Shown one piece after another: positions 10,146 to 23,489 of a stretch of 42,952 bases of DNA. Position 1 is the stretch's first letter, and each line of letters begins with the position of its first letter. This stretch comes from Octopus sinensis (lineage: Eukaryota). The notes beneath the pieces were generated by a model. That model saw only the letters and a list, made by a program, of their open reading frames with translations, did no database searches and was not told the DNA's origin. The DNA is taken from positions 1 to 42,952 of the forward strand of contig NW_021835060.1 of the NCBI RefSeq assembly GCF_006345805.1, written 5' to 3'. The translations under genes were made by a program, and so were the position numbers.

Positions 10146-10676
10146 TGAATTGTGACAAATTAAGTTGGCCTGTATATATGTATATATATATATATATATA
10201 TATGAAATAATGAAATAATGGCAACAACGAGAAGAATGGAAAACAGGACAAGTTAAAACAGGAAAAGGACCCTTCATCAGTTGTCGGTCGTCTATCTGCT
10301 CGTCATTTCGGGCATTCAAACGACAATATGAGTCTTCAAAGTCAGTTAATTCTAAAATGAATTCTAAAATAATTTTTGGGATTTATGGAGAGTCAAAGTT
10401 GGAAACAAAAATATAACAGTGAAGACATACAAGGAAACCGGACGTATATACACTCACAGTAACACACACATATGCATGAATGCGTATCTCTATGGACGGT
10501 TATATGTATGAATGGATATATGCATGGGTGTATGTATGTGTACGTATGTATGTATTTATATGTATGTATACACTCTTTCACAGTGCATGCACAAAATGCA
10601 AAATGTTGACAATACTAAGGCCAGCATCTGGCTCTGTAGACAAAGAAATCTCTTTCTGAAATGTTGTGAACGCAAG

Positions 10677-10885
10677 AGGTGAGCTGGCAGAATCGTTAGC
10701 GCGTCGGACGAAATGCTTAGAGGTATTTCGCTCGTCGTTACGTTCTGAGTTCAAATTCCGCCGAGGTCGACTTTATTTCATCCTTTCAGGGTCGAAAAAT
10801 TGTAACAGTTGGGCACTGGGGTCGATTTCAACGACTCAACCTCACCTTCCGAAATTGCTGGCCTTGTGCCAAAATTTGAAACCAA
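10677..10885 (+). mobile_element. SINE family A, near full length
   Basis: GAGCTGGCAGAATCGTTAGC...GAGTTCAAATTCC (box B-like)...TTTCATCCTTTCAGGGTCGA...GGCCTTGTGCCAAAATTTGAAACC. Confidence 0.9.
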
Positions 10886-11495
10886 TATGTGTGCGTGGAA
10901 GCTAGTTGTGTGCCTACAATACCATTTATGGTGTTGAATTGATAACAATTATTAATGAACTTATAACATTAATATCAAGAAAGATAATTAGTCACAATTA
11001 AATTCGAATTTCACCTTGTGCTAATCCAAGTTCTCACTGCTTTAATGTCATACAAAATGCATTTGGATATTTCTTCAAGACATTTTAAGTTTGCTAATAT
11101 ATTCGAGATACGATGAGCAAATACACTGGAACGACTTTGCTCTTAGTCTTCATGAGTCGATGAAATAAGCAAAGATAATCCATTCCTTTTAGCATTCTTA
11201 TTCCACCAAAGCTATGCCCCCCCCAAAAAAAAAAACGGTAAACGTAACGGTACGTATCCCCACAACACAACACACGGATATGCATGTGTTTGTCAGGTGT
11301 GTTTTGGCAAGTGTGGATGTAGGACTAACCACTCGTGAGTGCTTTTATACGTATTTATCATCATGTATAAATAGCAATACAAAATCTTCTATGAACACAA
11401 TTAGTTCTATATATTACACGTTTATATATTCATTATACATATGTATAGATACGCATGAACGCAAGTGTGCGCGTATATACATACATACATACAGG

Positions 11496-11578
<83 letters not shown>

Positions 11579-11844
11579 ACTCACACACACATGTATTGCG
11601 TTCTTGTGCCGTTTTTTGTATTCTTTTACATATACATGTACATATATATGTAGTTATAAATCTCAATGTGTGTGTGTGTGTGTTTGTGTGTGCATGCATG
11701 CACGGGTATCTTCATGTGCATGTGTGCGTGTAAATATATATCTACATATATAACAAATAACACACACAGACACCCACACACCACATATATATATTATATA
11801 ATATATATATATATATAATATATACATATATATATAATAGATAT

Positions 11845-11880
<36 letters not shown>

Positions 11881-12110
11881 ATATATATATACACTTATGT
11901 ATATATAATGTATTTACTATAAAGTATATAAGATGTATATATATATATATATATATATATGTTATATACGGTGCATGGCCGCAGCTCTAAGCTGAAACAA
12001 AAAAAGAAAAACAACGTACATATATACCTGTGTGTGTATGTGTAAATATGTATGTGAAAAATTATATACATGTACTTATATATATATTTATATATCTATG
12101 TGAGTGTATA

Positions 12111-12143
<33 letters not shown>

Positions 12144-12319
12144 ATATATATGTACTTAGGCATATATATGCGTGCTTGTGCGTGTGAGTGTGTGTGTACA
12201 CACATATATTTATACATATATATATGCATACATTTATTTATTGATATACATATGATATATATATATATTACATATGCATATGTATACATTTATATATTAT
12301 ACGCGTACACACACACACA

Positions 12320-12364
<45 letters not shown>

Positions 12365-12790
12365 ATATGTCTGCAATATTCGCCCATATTTGAAGTGTTT
12401 TATTGTCTGCATATAAATTCGTTTAGCGAGCGAGGAACTATTATTTGTGTAATGTCTTGTTTCGAAATTGTTGCGGCGAAACCACTTTCACAAAAAAGCC
12501 ATTACCAGGTTATTAAACCATTAGCGATTAATTACTTGCTATTTTCATACAAAATATTTTAATGATCTTCAATTTGAGAGCATATTTCTTTCATATCCAA
12601 AGAATATATATCATTCTAATTCCTGTCGTATTATTTTTTTATTATCGCTGTTTGTAGACAATGTTTTTTTAATAAAATTCAAAGGAACAAAAGTGTTTGC
12701 GTTATGTTCGAAAGTCTCTTAAATGTGATTTAAACTTTTTACAAACTTTGCGAAGTCTCCTCCTATCCTCATGTTTGCTTAGTAGCGTAA

Positions 12791-12912
12791 ATATCTATCT
12801 ATCTGTCTATCTATCTGTCTATCTACCTCTTTATCTATCTACCTACCTATCTCTCTCACGATATATATATACATATTTATATGTATATATATATATATAT
12901 CTGTCTACTTCG

Positions 12913-12970
<58 letters not shown>

Positions 12971-12971
12971 C

Positions 12972-13004
<33 letters not shown>

Positions 13005-13063
13005 ATATATATATATATATATATCTATCTATCTATCTTTCTGTCTGTCTACCTCTTTATCTG

Positions 13064-13124
<61 letters not shown>

Positions 13125-13240
13125 ATGTCTGTCTACCTCTTTATCTGTCTATCTATCTATCTATCTATCTATATGTCTTTCTGTCTTTCTGTCTACCTGT
13201 CCATCTATCTACTTGTATGTCTGTCTGCCTCTCTATTTAT
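12791..13240. repeat. (TATC)n array with a recurring CTGTCTACCTCTTTAT subunit
   Basis: Read directly; it explains the YLSI/IYLS ORFs. Confidence 0.95.
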
Positions 13241-13455
13241 CTCCCACATATGCAGGCTGGCTAAGTATATGTGTGCACTATTATCTAACTCTCACTTTAA
13301 CTTGTCTGCTGAAACTAATGTAAATCTCTCCTTGTCCATGCACTAGGTACCGCTCTTTCCTTCTATGTATGTATGTAACATTCTATGCTCTTTACCTATA
13401 TCTGCAAGTGTGCATTCAGTCATGTTAATATCTATATATGTATCTATACCTGTGT

Positions 13456-13494
<39 letters not shown>

Positions 13495-13845
13495 AATGTA
13501 TCTTTGTATTGTATATATAAGTATGTATGTATGTTATAAGACCAGAATTCAGCTAAATACCAACGTAGGTAGCTTGCTTGAATTAGTTCACTTTGAAAAT
13601 GTCGTAAGTGATGGACTCTTGATAAAATTGCAGCGACGAGGATGCATAATTGCATGAAGAGCAATGTGCAGTTGCTGCACTAGAAACATGTGTTGGTCGT
13701 TGCTATAAATGCAGTAGAGAACTTAGTAATAAAAGTTTTGGATGTGAATATCCTCCCCCTCTCCTCTTCGTTTTCGATTACATATATACGTATATATACG
13801 TATATATATACTTATATATACGTATATATATATATATTTATATAG

Positions 13846-13898
<53 letters not shown>

Positions 13899-13957
13899 TT
13901 CTATCCTGACTTGTCTTTTCATATATATCAACTCGTGTGTTCCTTTCATCCTTATAC

Positions 13958-14019
<62 letters not shown>

Positions 14020-14038
14020 TATATATATAATATATATA

Positions 14039-14073
<35 letters not shown>

Positions 14074-14190
14074 TATAATATATAGATATATATATATATA
14101 TTTATATATATATGTAAAGGTGAAAATGAACACACATTTGATTATATGAAAAGACAGTCAGGATGGAATGCTAAATAATTTTATAAGAAA

Positions 14191-14230
14191 TTTCAGTACC
14201 GGTTTCATTCATGAGACTTTTCAACTGTAA
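14191..14230 (-). ncRNA. minimal hammerhead candidate, U3-A8 variant
   Basis: Minus strand: TTACAG-TTGAAAA-GTCTCATGAAT-GAAAC-CG-GTA-CTGAAA. Stem I pairs 5 of 6, stem III is the palindrome ACCGGT, stem II is weak. Confidence 0.5.
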
Positions 14231-14433
14231 CAATTAAATATTTAAATTTGATAAAGAGTTTTTAAAGAATATTGTATAGTGTTCAAATATAAGCGGCATT
14301 TTCCTTGTTTCTGCTGTCTGTCACTCTTGTTACCCTTGTGGTTCGAGGTCGTTGTGAACATATTATATATATATATATGCATACATATACTTCATAATCT
14401 ATCTTTTATATATATATACATATATATGTGTAT

Positions 14434-14469
<36 letters not shown>

Positions 14470-14750
14470 TATATATATATATAGTATATATATATATATA
14501 TGTGTGTGTGTGGTGTGTGTGTGTGTATACCCATATATATGTATATATATATATAGATAGATATATGCAGTATATGTATGCATATATATATATATATATA
14601 TGAATTCACAACGACCTCGAACCCACAAGGGTAAACAAGAGTGACAGAGACAGGCAGAAACAAGGAAAATGCCGCTTATATTTGAACACTATACAAATAT
14701 TCTTTTAAAAAACTTTTCTTTTAATTTTTCTAAATTTAAATATTTAATTG

Positions 14751-14792
14751 TTACAGTTGAAAAAGTCTCAATGAATGAAACCGGTACTGAAA
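14751..14792 (+). ncRNA. minimal hammerhead candidate (mirror of 14191-14230)
   Basis: TTACAG-TTGAAAA-AGTCTCAATGAAT-GAAAC-CG-GTA-CTGAAA. Confidence 0.5.
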
Positions 14793-14914
14793 TGTTCTTT
14801 ATAAAATTATTTTAGCATTTTCATCCTGACTTGTCTTTTCATATATATCAAATCGTGTGTTCCTTTTCATCCTTATACATATATATATAATATATATATA
14901 TATTATATATATAA

Positions 14915-14983
<69 letters not shown>

Positions 14984-15069
14984 TCATATATATATATATT
15001 TATATATATATGTATAAGATGAAAGGAACACACGAGTTGATATATATGAAAAGACAAGTCAGGATAGAA

Positions 15070-15111
<42 letters not shown>

Positions 15112-15550
15112 ATAAATATATATATATATACATACCTATCTATTTTTATATATATTCATATATACATATATAATATTTGTATCTATACTGTATATATCCA
15201 TCTCTCTCTTTATATATATGTACTGTATATCTTGCTATTGATCCGTCTCTGATGCCTGTATGCTTTTATTTATGTATCTACCTATCTGTCTGTCCATTTC
15301 ATTTGTCTAGCTGTTTAACTGTAGGTCTGTCTCTTTGTCTATCTCTCCATTTATCTATCAATGGACCTATCCATCCTGTAAAATTCTATATACTTATGTA
15401 TCGAAGGAGAGAAGGTGAAGCTCAGAACAACGATGTTATAGAATTTATTTCAGTTGCTGTTATGTACATAAATCTGATATGGTGATTTTTCATGTGAAAA
15501 GGATTTTGTCATCAAATTCAGCTGCCATGTGGATGTAAGATTTCCTACAT

Positions 15551-15700
15551 GTGTGATTGTGTGGTTAATGTTTGCTTCCCAACCACATGTTTCCAGGTTC
15601 AATCCCACTGCGCGTCACCTTCTACCATAGCGTTGGGCCGATCAAAGCTTCTCGTGAGTGGATTTGATCGTCATAAACTGAAAGGACCCAGTCGTATATA
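15551..15700 (+). mobile_element. SINE family B 5' part (degenerate)
   Basis: GTGTGGTTAA..CAACCACATG..GGTTCAATCCCACTGCG..GTGAGTGGATTTG, homologous to 33250-33420. Confidence 0.75.
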
Positions 15701-15746
15701 CACCCAACCACTAAGCCATGCGTCCTCACATTACACACACACACAC

Positions 15747-15786
<40 letters not shown>

Positions 15787-16094
15787 ACTACGAACTACAC
15801 TGTAATCATCACAGGAATACGGACTTTGGTCTTAAGAGACCTGTGATTTGTGGAAACGCGCGTAGAAATGCATTAAATGTTTAATAAATGCATTAAATGT
15901 TTAATAAATTTCATCCAAGGATTATTGTTATCATTATTATATTTATCCTACATTATATCGGTATAACGATGCAACTACGAAAAGCTGACTCATTAGTCAG
16001 CATCATTAGATGGGCGCCGACAGAATAGGAAATTTATTTGTAAATTGAAAACGTTTCCCATAAACAAATTTAAAAGATATATATATATATATAT

Positions 16095-16285
16095 ATACAT
16101 GTAAGTGTGTGTGTGTTTGCCCCCCACTATCATTTGTCAATCGATGTTTACTCCCCCGTAAGAATAAGTACCACGCCTTAACAAATAAGTATTCAGTTCG
16201 ATTCATTCGACTCAAGAAAGTTCCTGAAGGCGTTGCCCCAGCATGGTCGCGGTTTAGTGACAGAAACAAGTAAAAAGTAATAGGT
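16095..16285 (+). mobile_element. SINE family B 3' part
   Basis: GATGTTTACTCCCCGTAA..AATAAGTAC..GCCCCAGCATGGTCGC..GAAACAAGTAAAA, homologous to 33480-33680. Confidence 0.75.
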
Positions 16286-16664
16286 AATAAATACACTGGG
16301 TTCCGATTATATAATTCCCTTTATAATTAAAGATATTGGTGCACGAGGCTATGTTACTGTCGGAATTGTAATTTCAGAAACGTTACCTGCTTCGATGAAC
16401 TTCACAAGCACAGTTCGAAAGTGAAACTTTCTAAAAAGTTTCACTTTGTGTCTCTTCAAAGTTCTCTTCCTCTAAATTCAAACATTGAAGACTTTTAATT
16501 CATAAGAAATAGTTTCTCTCTGAAATAAATTTTCTTTGTGCCCCAAGCTGGCGTGTGCATGTCAATTCATACACAAACACACACACACAAATGCAAACAG
16601 ACCTCACCGCGTGCATATTCATATACGTAGGTATATGCGTTTTTATCTATGCACTTATCTCTCT

Positions 16665-16704
<40 letters not shown>

Positions 16705-17329
16705 GAGAGAGAGAGAGAGAGAGGAGAGATAGATAGATAGATATAGTTATAGATACATACATTTATATACATATATATATATTACTTCTATCAAACCGGA
16801 ATAACTCTATGCACAATCTTGTTTTCTCTACCTTCACTATACAAACACGCATTTCCTCGTTTCCATTGTACCCCTTTCAAAACATCCACTTCCCTTGTGA
16901 AGCTATTCTACACTTAATTCTCGTTCACATTCTACGAAATGAAAACGCTGATAGAAGTTACATGAAGACAGAAAGAACCAAAGCTTACCAGACACTGATG
17001 GCAAACTGAAAATTTGAAGTCAGTATTAAGGTTTTGTAATAATCTATATATACCATTTTAAAAATATTGTGTAATTCTCCAAATTCACCTGAAATTGTCG
17101 TTATGTATATTTCATATAAAAACATACATACACATAGACATACATGCATACGGGTATGTGTGTGTGTTATTTATTTCGAGGATACAATACATGTTTCTAA
17201 TGCCGCTATTAGTTTCATGTCGTGAAATATCTCAAATATATCCATCAGACACAAACCACATATCATAACGAACAAAAAAATGAATAAAAGAAGAAACGCG
17301 ATATATCCATACACACACACACACACATA

Positions 17330-17381
<52 letters not shown>

Positions 17382-18198
17382 TCACATATATACATTTATG
17401 TACTTCTTCTTACGTCTCCCTTTCTCTCCCCTCTCTCTCTCTCTTCCCTACATATAAATATATATATAACGTGTATCCTTTTCTGTATACTAGGGGGTTT
17501 GTTTTGGAAAACCGGCAACAGCCAGTTCCGTTGCCCTTTCTAGGTGAACTAAGAGTACGCCAGTAAATAACAGAATCTAAACCAGCAAACAGTGGCTTTG
17601 GAGAAACGTCTTTGTAACTTATGCTTACAGCTTTTATGTCGTTCGGACACTGAAAAAGAAAGCAGAACATTAGGCATGTGAGTCTTGCGTGAATGACATG
17701 GGAGATTTTGTGCGGAGAATTAGCATAAGCTGGGGTGTCTATAGAGCGAAAATAAAACTGAATTCTTACCGTATGGGAAAACACAAACAATGAACAACAT
17801 AATGGGTTTGTAAAAATTTATGCAAATTAGTTTCGACACAACCGTCATTTGGCGGTTTCTATCGAAGTTAAAGAGGGGAAAAACATCAAACTAGATAATA
17901 GTATCCACCACTCATTTCTACTCATATGCAAATCTTAAGTGAAGCATTATCTTCCAGTAAATAAATTGTTTTAAAAAAAAGCAAACCTACAACATGTATT
18001 GAATACTCACTTTCTTTCTCGTCCAGGCGCTCTATTTGCATTTACACGCACGTACACACGCACATACACGTACGTACGCATACATACATGTCTATGTAGG
18101 TCTGTCTATATGTTTGTAGGTCTAAGTATCGACAAGGGTACACACAGAGAAAGTGATATATGTGTGTATGCAAAGACATATGTATAGGTAAACAATAT

Positions 18199-18236
<38 letters not shown>

Positions 18237-18238
<2 letters not shown>

Positions 18239-18603
18239 TAGCACTCCGTCGGTTACGACAATGAGGGTTCCAGTTGATCATCCGATCATCGGAACAGCCA
18301 GCTCGTGAAATTAACGTGGAAGTGGCTGAGCACTCCACAGACGGTTCTCGGAGAGATTCAGCGTGTCACAGTGTGAAAAGGCTGGTCCTTTGAAATACAG
18401 GTACAACAGAAACAGGAAGAAAGAGTAAAAGATAGTTGTGATGAAAGAGTACAGCGGGGTTCGTCACCACCCCCTGTGAGAGCGTCGTGGAGCCTTAGGT
18501 GTTTTCGCTCAATAAACACTCACAACGCCCGGTCTGGAAATCGAATCCGCGATCCTACGACCGCGATTCCACTGCCCTAAACACTGGGCTATTGCGCCTC
18601 CAC
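18237..18603 (-). mobile_element. tRNA-derived SINE family C, near full length
   Basis: Minus-strand head GGAGGCGCAATAGCCCAGTGTTTAGGGCAGTGGAATCGCGGTCGTAGGATCGCGGATTCGATTTCC. Homologous over its length to 26692-27056 and 35557-35905. Confidence 0.9.
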
Positions 18604-18641
18604 TCACACGCACGCACGCACACACACACACCACACACACA

Positions 18642-18703
<62 letters not shown>

Positions 18704-20410
18704 CTATTTCTGTCATGTCCAATGATCCGCTACAGGCGTCCTCATCGTTAACTGGTTTGGTTTAGAGACGTGCCTCCCGGTTGGCTGCATCAAGATTTGC
18801 TGGAATTCATTTCGATTTTAAGCTCTCAAGATTAGAATTTTTTCCTGTATATAGAGTATTTTGTGGGGTTTTTTTTCCACCGCAAGATGTACTTTCCATG
18901 TAGTCTTTTACTGACAAAAATTTACTAAATTATAAATAAATTATCGAATGCTTGATGGAATTACCTCACATAACAAATAGAACCTCAAAGTTCCCTGTAT
19001 TATAATATCCCCCCCCTCTCACAACGAAAATCGAATCAAAACCCACCGTCTATGCTAGATTCACTTATCATTTAACATTATTGGCATCAGTGCTATAGGA
19101 GATTCACCAATACTGTTGTTTTTTTCTTATTCACTTATGCCATCATTGCAGCAATATGGTTTCTGGTATTTACATATCATCTCTTGACTCAGTTTTTACA
19201 CATTGGTGTAGATTAGTTAAGAACTTGAAAGTAAAATTAGTTTTAATGCCGTGAGAGTTGCAGCAAAATCGGATAAGTCCCATTTATTTCTCTTATCTTT
19301 GGTAGCTGCACACCCTATAATAATGATAACACTCGACGTTTACAGTTGGCGATAATTGAGGCCAGTTAATTCAGGGTAATAGGGCCCGTTTGAAGAGCAG
19401 CAAAATAGTTCAGAGCTATTTGTTATATAAACTTTTAATAACTTAATGAATATCTTTATTCCAAGACACGGAATAGCAGATGTGCAGAGCTAAACGCTGT
19501 TCTGGCTCTGAAATCGAAATCCGAAATTTTCGTTGAAGTATTATTAGCGCTGAAGTCAAATAGATGACATTCGGAAATCGTCAAGTCAAATTATGGCCTG
19601 CTTGGTAGCGAAATGTAAATAAGGAAGAAATATTTCATGAAAATATGACATTTGTTTGTGACAGCTGGTTTCAAGTTGGTCGGCAAATATATTTTATTGA
19701 TGTTTGTTGATTTGACAATTACACCTGGATGTGTTCCACCTAATAATATGATTGCCTACCTTACAAGTCCCTATATCCAATATGTCGGTAATTTATTGTG
19801 ACACGGATCATAGAGTAAGTAGAAAGCTCTCAACAGACTTGGATCTCAACGAGATTTTCAATCCTCATTTCAAGCTATGAACACAAAACTTGGCATTTTT
19901 CTCTTTCTTCAAATACACAAACTTTATGCCCTGCCAGAAAAAAAAAGAAAGAAATGTCTGTTCCATTTTAAATGATTTTTATCTATAATTACAATGGGAG
20001 AAAAGAAGTCTAAAGTAACAGCATGTTAAACTAAATATATCACAGTTTACTGTTGTATGTCACTTAGTGACGGGGTCAGTTTCCAGTGTTAATTCAGTGT
20101 AAATGCGTAATAAATCTTTCGTGCATCTGTCAATGTAGGATGGATATTGCGTCTTAGAAACAAACCGATTTATAGAGAAACTGCAGAAACATTAAAAGTG
20201 TGATGTTGATTAAATAGCACTAAAATATACTCCGAAATCTGAGGTAAATGATGATGGTCTCCATCAGCAATCATTAGTTAGCAGTGCTTTAGGGAAGTGA
20301 AATGCATACAAGCAAGTGTTATAACTCTTTTCCTCTATTCATCAAATTGAAGCGAACATCAGTCTTAAATTTTGGTCACGGGAACTACAGTTATGAAATT
20401 CTTGTTTAAC

Positions 20411-20454
<44 letters not shown>

Positions 20455-20483
20455 TAATAATATAATAATAATAATAATAATAA

Positions 20484-21018
20484 GGCAGTGGCTCTCATGG
20501 CTTCTGATCTTAACTGATTGGCAGTTATCATGTTCATTGTTTTGTCTTGGTATAAAAGATGGGCTACACCAAATATTCTGCTCAATACCACAGATTTGCT
20601 TGCCAGTTGTTTGACCTTAACCAGTTGAGCATATCCCTTAGTGGCTGACGATATGTGCATCTCTGATCACGAGCAGAAGTAGTGGGGGAGCATCATAGCC
20701 GTGTGTTGAGAGGGATTCTTTGGGGTTTGAATAATTTACCTCTGGAAACATGGGTGGTTCTTTCAACATCCTTAAACAACCCTTATTCAGGGACCTTTTG
20801 AGCAGGATGGGCTACTCAACCTGAAGAAAATTCTAACTGGGCCCCACCTGCAAGGTCATGTGCTGTTTATCTTGATATGAGATCACCATGTCGCGCACAT
20901 ATGGTTGTGATGCATGTGCCTGGTGTACCCTTATCAGACGGTTAATCATGATGGGTATATTGGGCTTCGTATATTTTACCCCAGTGTCACTTTGATGGCA
21001 TGAACTGCTCTCTCACTC
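20484..21018. mobile_element. interspersed repeat flanked by (TAA)n, copy 1 (family unassigned)
   Basis: Homologous to 21053-21482 and bounded on both sides by (TAA)n. No ORF recognised. Confidence 0.75.
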
Positions 21019-21052
<34 letters not shown>

Positions 21053-21482
21053 GCCCTGATGCAGTACCAGACAGTGGCTCTCATGGCTTCTGATCTTAAC
21101 TGATTGGAAGTGCTGTCATGTACATTTGTTTTGTCTTGGTATAAAAGATGGGCTACAACATATATTTTACTCAATATCACAGATTTGATGGTCAGTTGTT
21201 TGACCATAACCAGTTGAGCCTGTCCCTTAGTGACCGACGATATGTGCATCTCTGATCACGAGCAGAAGTAGTACGGGAGCGTCATAGCCATGTGTTGAGA
21301 GGAATTATTTGGGGTTTGGATAATTCCCCTCTCAAAATATGTGATTTGTTCATCATCCTTAAACAACCGTTTTTCAAAGACCTTTTGAGTGGGATGGGCT
21401 ACTCGACCTGACGAAAATACTAACTGGACCCCACTTGCATGATCATGCGCTGTTTATCTTTATATGAGATCACCATGTCGTG
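21053..21482. mobile_element. same repeat, copy 2 (right end truncated by a SINE fragment)
   Basis: Colinear with copy 1 with scattered substitutions; extra GCCCTGATGCAGTACC at the left end. Confidence 0.75.
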
Positions 21483-21485
21483 CAT

Positions 21486-22050
21486 GGTCGATAAATTGAG
21501 TACCAGTTGTGTACTGAGGTCGATCTAATCGACTGATGCCCTACTCAATATTTTCGGGCCTTGTGCGTATAATAGAAAAGAATATTTGACATGTTAAAGG
21601 CGACGAGCTGGCAGAAAAGTTAGCACGCCGGACGAAATGCTTAACGGCGGCATTTTGTCCGTCTTTGCCTTTCTGCCGTCGTTGACTTTGTCTTTCATCC
21701 TTTCGTGGTAAATAAAATAAGTACCAGCTAAGTACTAGGGTCGATGTAATGAACTGTTCCCCTCCCCTAAATTACAGGCCTTGTGCCTATAGTAGAAAGG
21801 ATTAATACTATTTTTATTACTTTTAACATTTCTCGTTTAATTACCTTTAATTAAATATTTTTCAAAAACCCGTTTTAGTCTATATTTCATTTACCTATAT
21901 TTTATCTTCGGCTGTTTGCACACCGAACAAAATGCTTCGCAGTATTTCGTCCATCTTTCCCTTTCACCATTTCCGGGTTGATAAATTAAGTACCATTGAA
22001 ACAGTGGGGTCGATGTAATCGACCAGCCCCCTCCCCCCAAATTTCAGACC
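21486..22050 (+). mobile_element. cluster of three family A SINE pieces (about 21486-585, 21598-803, 21915-22050)
   Basis: Each carries the GTCGATAAATT.AGTACC core and/or the GAGCTGGCAGAA head. Confidence 0.85.
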
Positions 22051-23489
22051 TTCTGTCTTTAGTAGAAATATTTATTCCATCTTTGGCTATTCGTTTCTCA
22101 GTAATTTTAAACCAACGACTAACTCGTTCATGTCATAGTAGCAATCGCCTAAATTTTTGCTATTTCTATATTTTTGGTACACCATTGTTCGCAACAACAT
22201 AGATATTTCAAATTTCTCTACAGTTTAACTAAAACGTTTTAGATTATTTTAAATTGCATAAACTAATTTTAACATGTTAATCAGCATATATTATTCACCA
22301 TTTTAATCTCTTTTTAGAAATTGTCATTTTTAGAATATTTTAGTATTTTCAACAATTTTAATCAGCAGTTTTTAAATTTAACTCTCCTTCTAGATTATTC
22401 ATTCAGTGTTGTTCTTTTCTTTATGTTGTTTACGTATTCTCTCTTCCTATTTTTGTCTTATTTTCTATTTTCCTCTTTTATCTGATTTGTTTTTCTATTT
22501 CTCATTTCTCTCACAGGTTGTATTTTCCTTCTGTACTCTTATTTCTTCTATCAAATTATTTTCCCCGTCACATTATACAGTTTCTTTATTCTTTACGATC
22601 ACAAACTCAGAGTCCGCGCACACAAGAAAATAAGATATTTTATACGAGCGGAATATAAAGAAATACAGGTGAAAATGCCCTTGCGGTCTTTAAGAAGATT
22701 TATTTAGATTAACTTAATCGGTTTTAGAATTTCCTGATTTTCAAAAGTAGTGTCAGATGGGGATAGTTGGAGGCATGCTGTAAGTGTGTCGTCTTTGATT
22801 GATGCTTAAAATTTCTGCCCATTTTTACTAGAGAACATGTCTCAAAATGTTCTTTGTTAAAATACAGTTCTAACAAAATACATTCTCTAATTTTCTCCGT
22901 AATTCAGGAAGTTAAATTCTTTTAATGTAGTTATGACATTCTTCATTACGGTTTTCGGCTATTTTTACCACTGAAGGAGTACAATTAGCCCTATGTGTGG
23001 TCCCTTGCATCTATCTGGCCCTGAATTACTTTACATATGTCTCTTCCAACATTAAATGAGATATTTCTCTTAGATGTATAACAAGATTTAAAGCCACAGT
23101 GCCTCGGTATCTGTGTATCTATATCCTTTCAATTGAGATCAAGAGTAATAATATCATCGTCCAAAATAGCCAGAATGTCCCGGAAAGAGGTTCCCTTTCA
23201 TTCATTTTTATCGATTGATTTGAGCGATTCGTGAAGGCTTATCGATTGATTTGAGGGATCTTGTGAAGTCTTCCTTACACATGCTCGAAAATACGGAAGA
23301 GTCAACCAAGAATCTTTTTTCATTACTTAGAAAAGTGGATCAAATTGGATCCTGTTTCGGACATCTAGAGGTTGCAAACTTGGGTCCAACTTTCGTTCCC
23401 ATTGAGCCCGCTTTTATTTAAACATAATGTACGTGTGGTGTTTCTGCGCGCGGTGTATATATGTATATGCACATATTCATTCATGTATG

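Larger units (their letters stand above)
13895..15073. repeat. about 1.2-kb nested palindrome (fold-back)
   Basis: Order: A+ (13895-958), (AT)n, A'- (14112-166), B- (to about 14362), self-inverted microsatellite centre near 14485, B+ (about 14602-820), A'+ (14821-880), (AT)n, A- (15010-073). Confidence 0.9.

Noticed and set aside
10268-10313. Type-II-order hammerhead on the minus strand (GCCC-GAAA...CTGATGA-A-GGGT)
   Set aside because: Stems I and III do not pair convincingly in this copy.
13652-13694. Hammerhead-like ATGAAGA...GTGCAG/CTGCAC..GAAACATGTG
   Set aside because: C3 is missing, the triplet is GUG and there is no stem I. Possibly a decayed PLE tail; not counted.
15866-15909. 20-bp tandem duplication AAATGCATTAAATGTTTAAT
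   Set aside because: Ordinary slippage duplication; two copies, no spacers.
17186-17250. Minus-strand CTGATGGA...GAAACATGTA motif
   Set aside because: The core has an extra base and stems I and II do not form; not counted.
20820-20835. CTGAAGA/CTGACGA in the (TAA)n-flanked repeat
   Set aside because: No conserved GAAA or stems in both copies.
23206-23270. About 31-bp tandem pair containing ATCGATTGATTTGA (Pbx/Onecut-like)
   Set aside because: Two diverged copies only; a motif match alone is not evidence of function.
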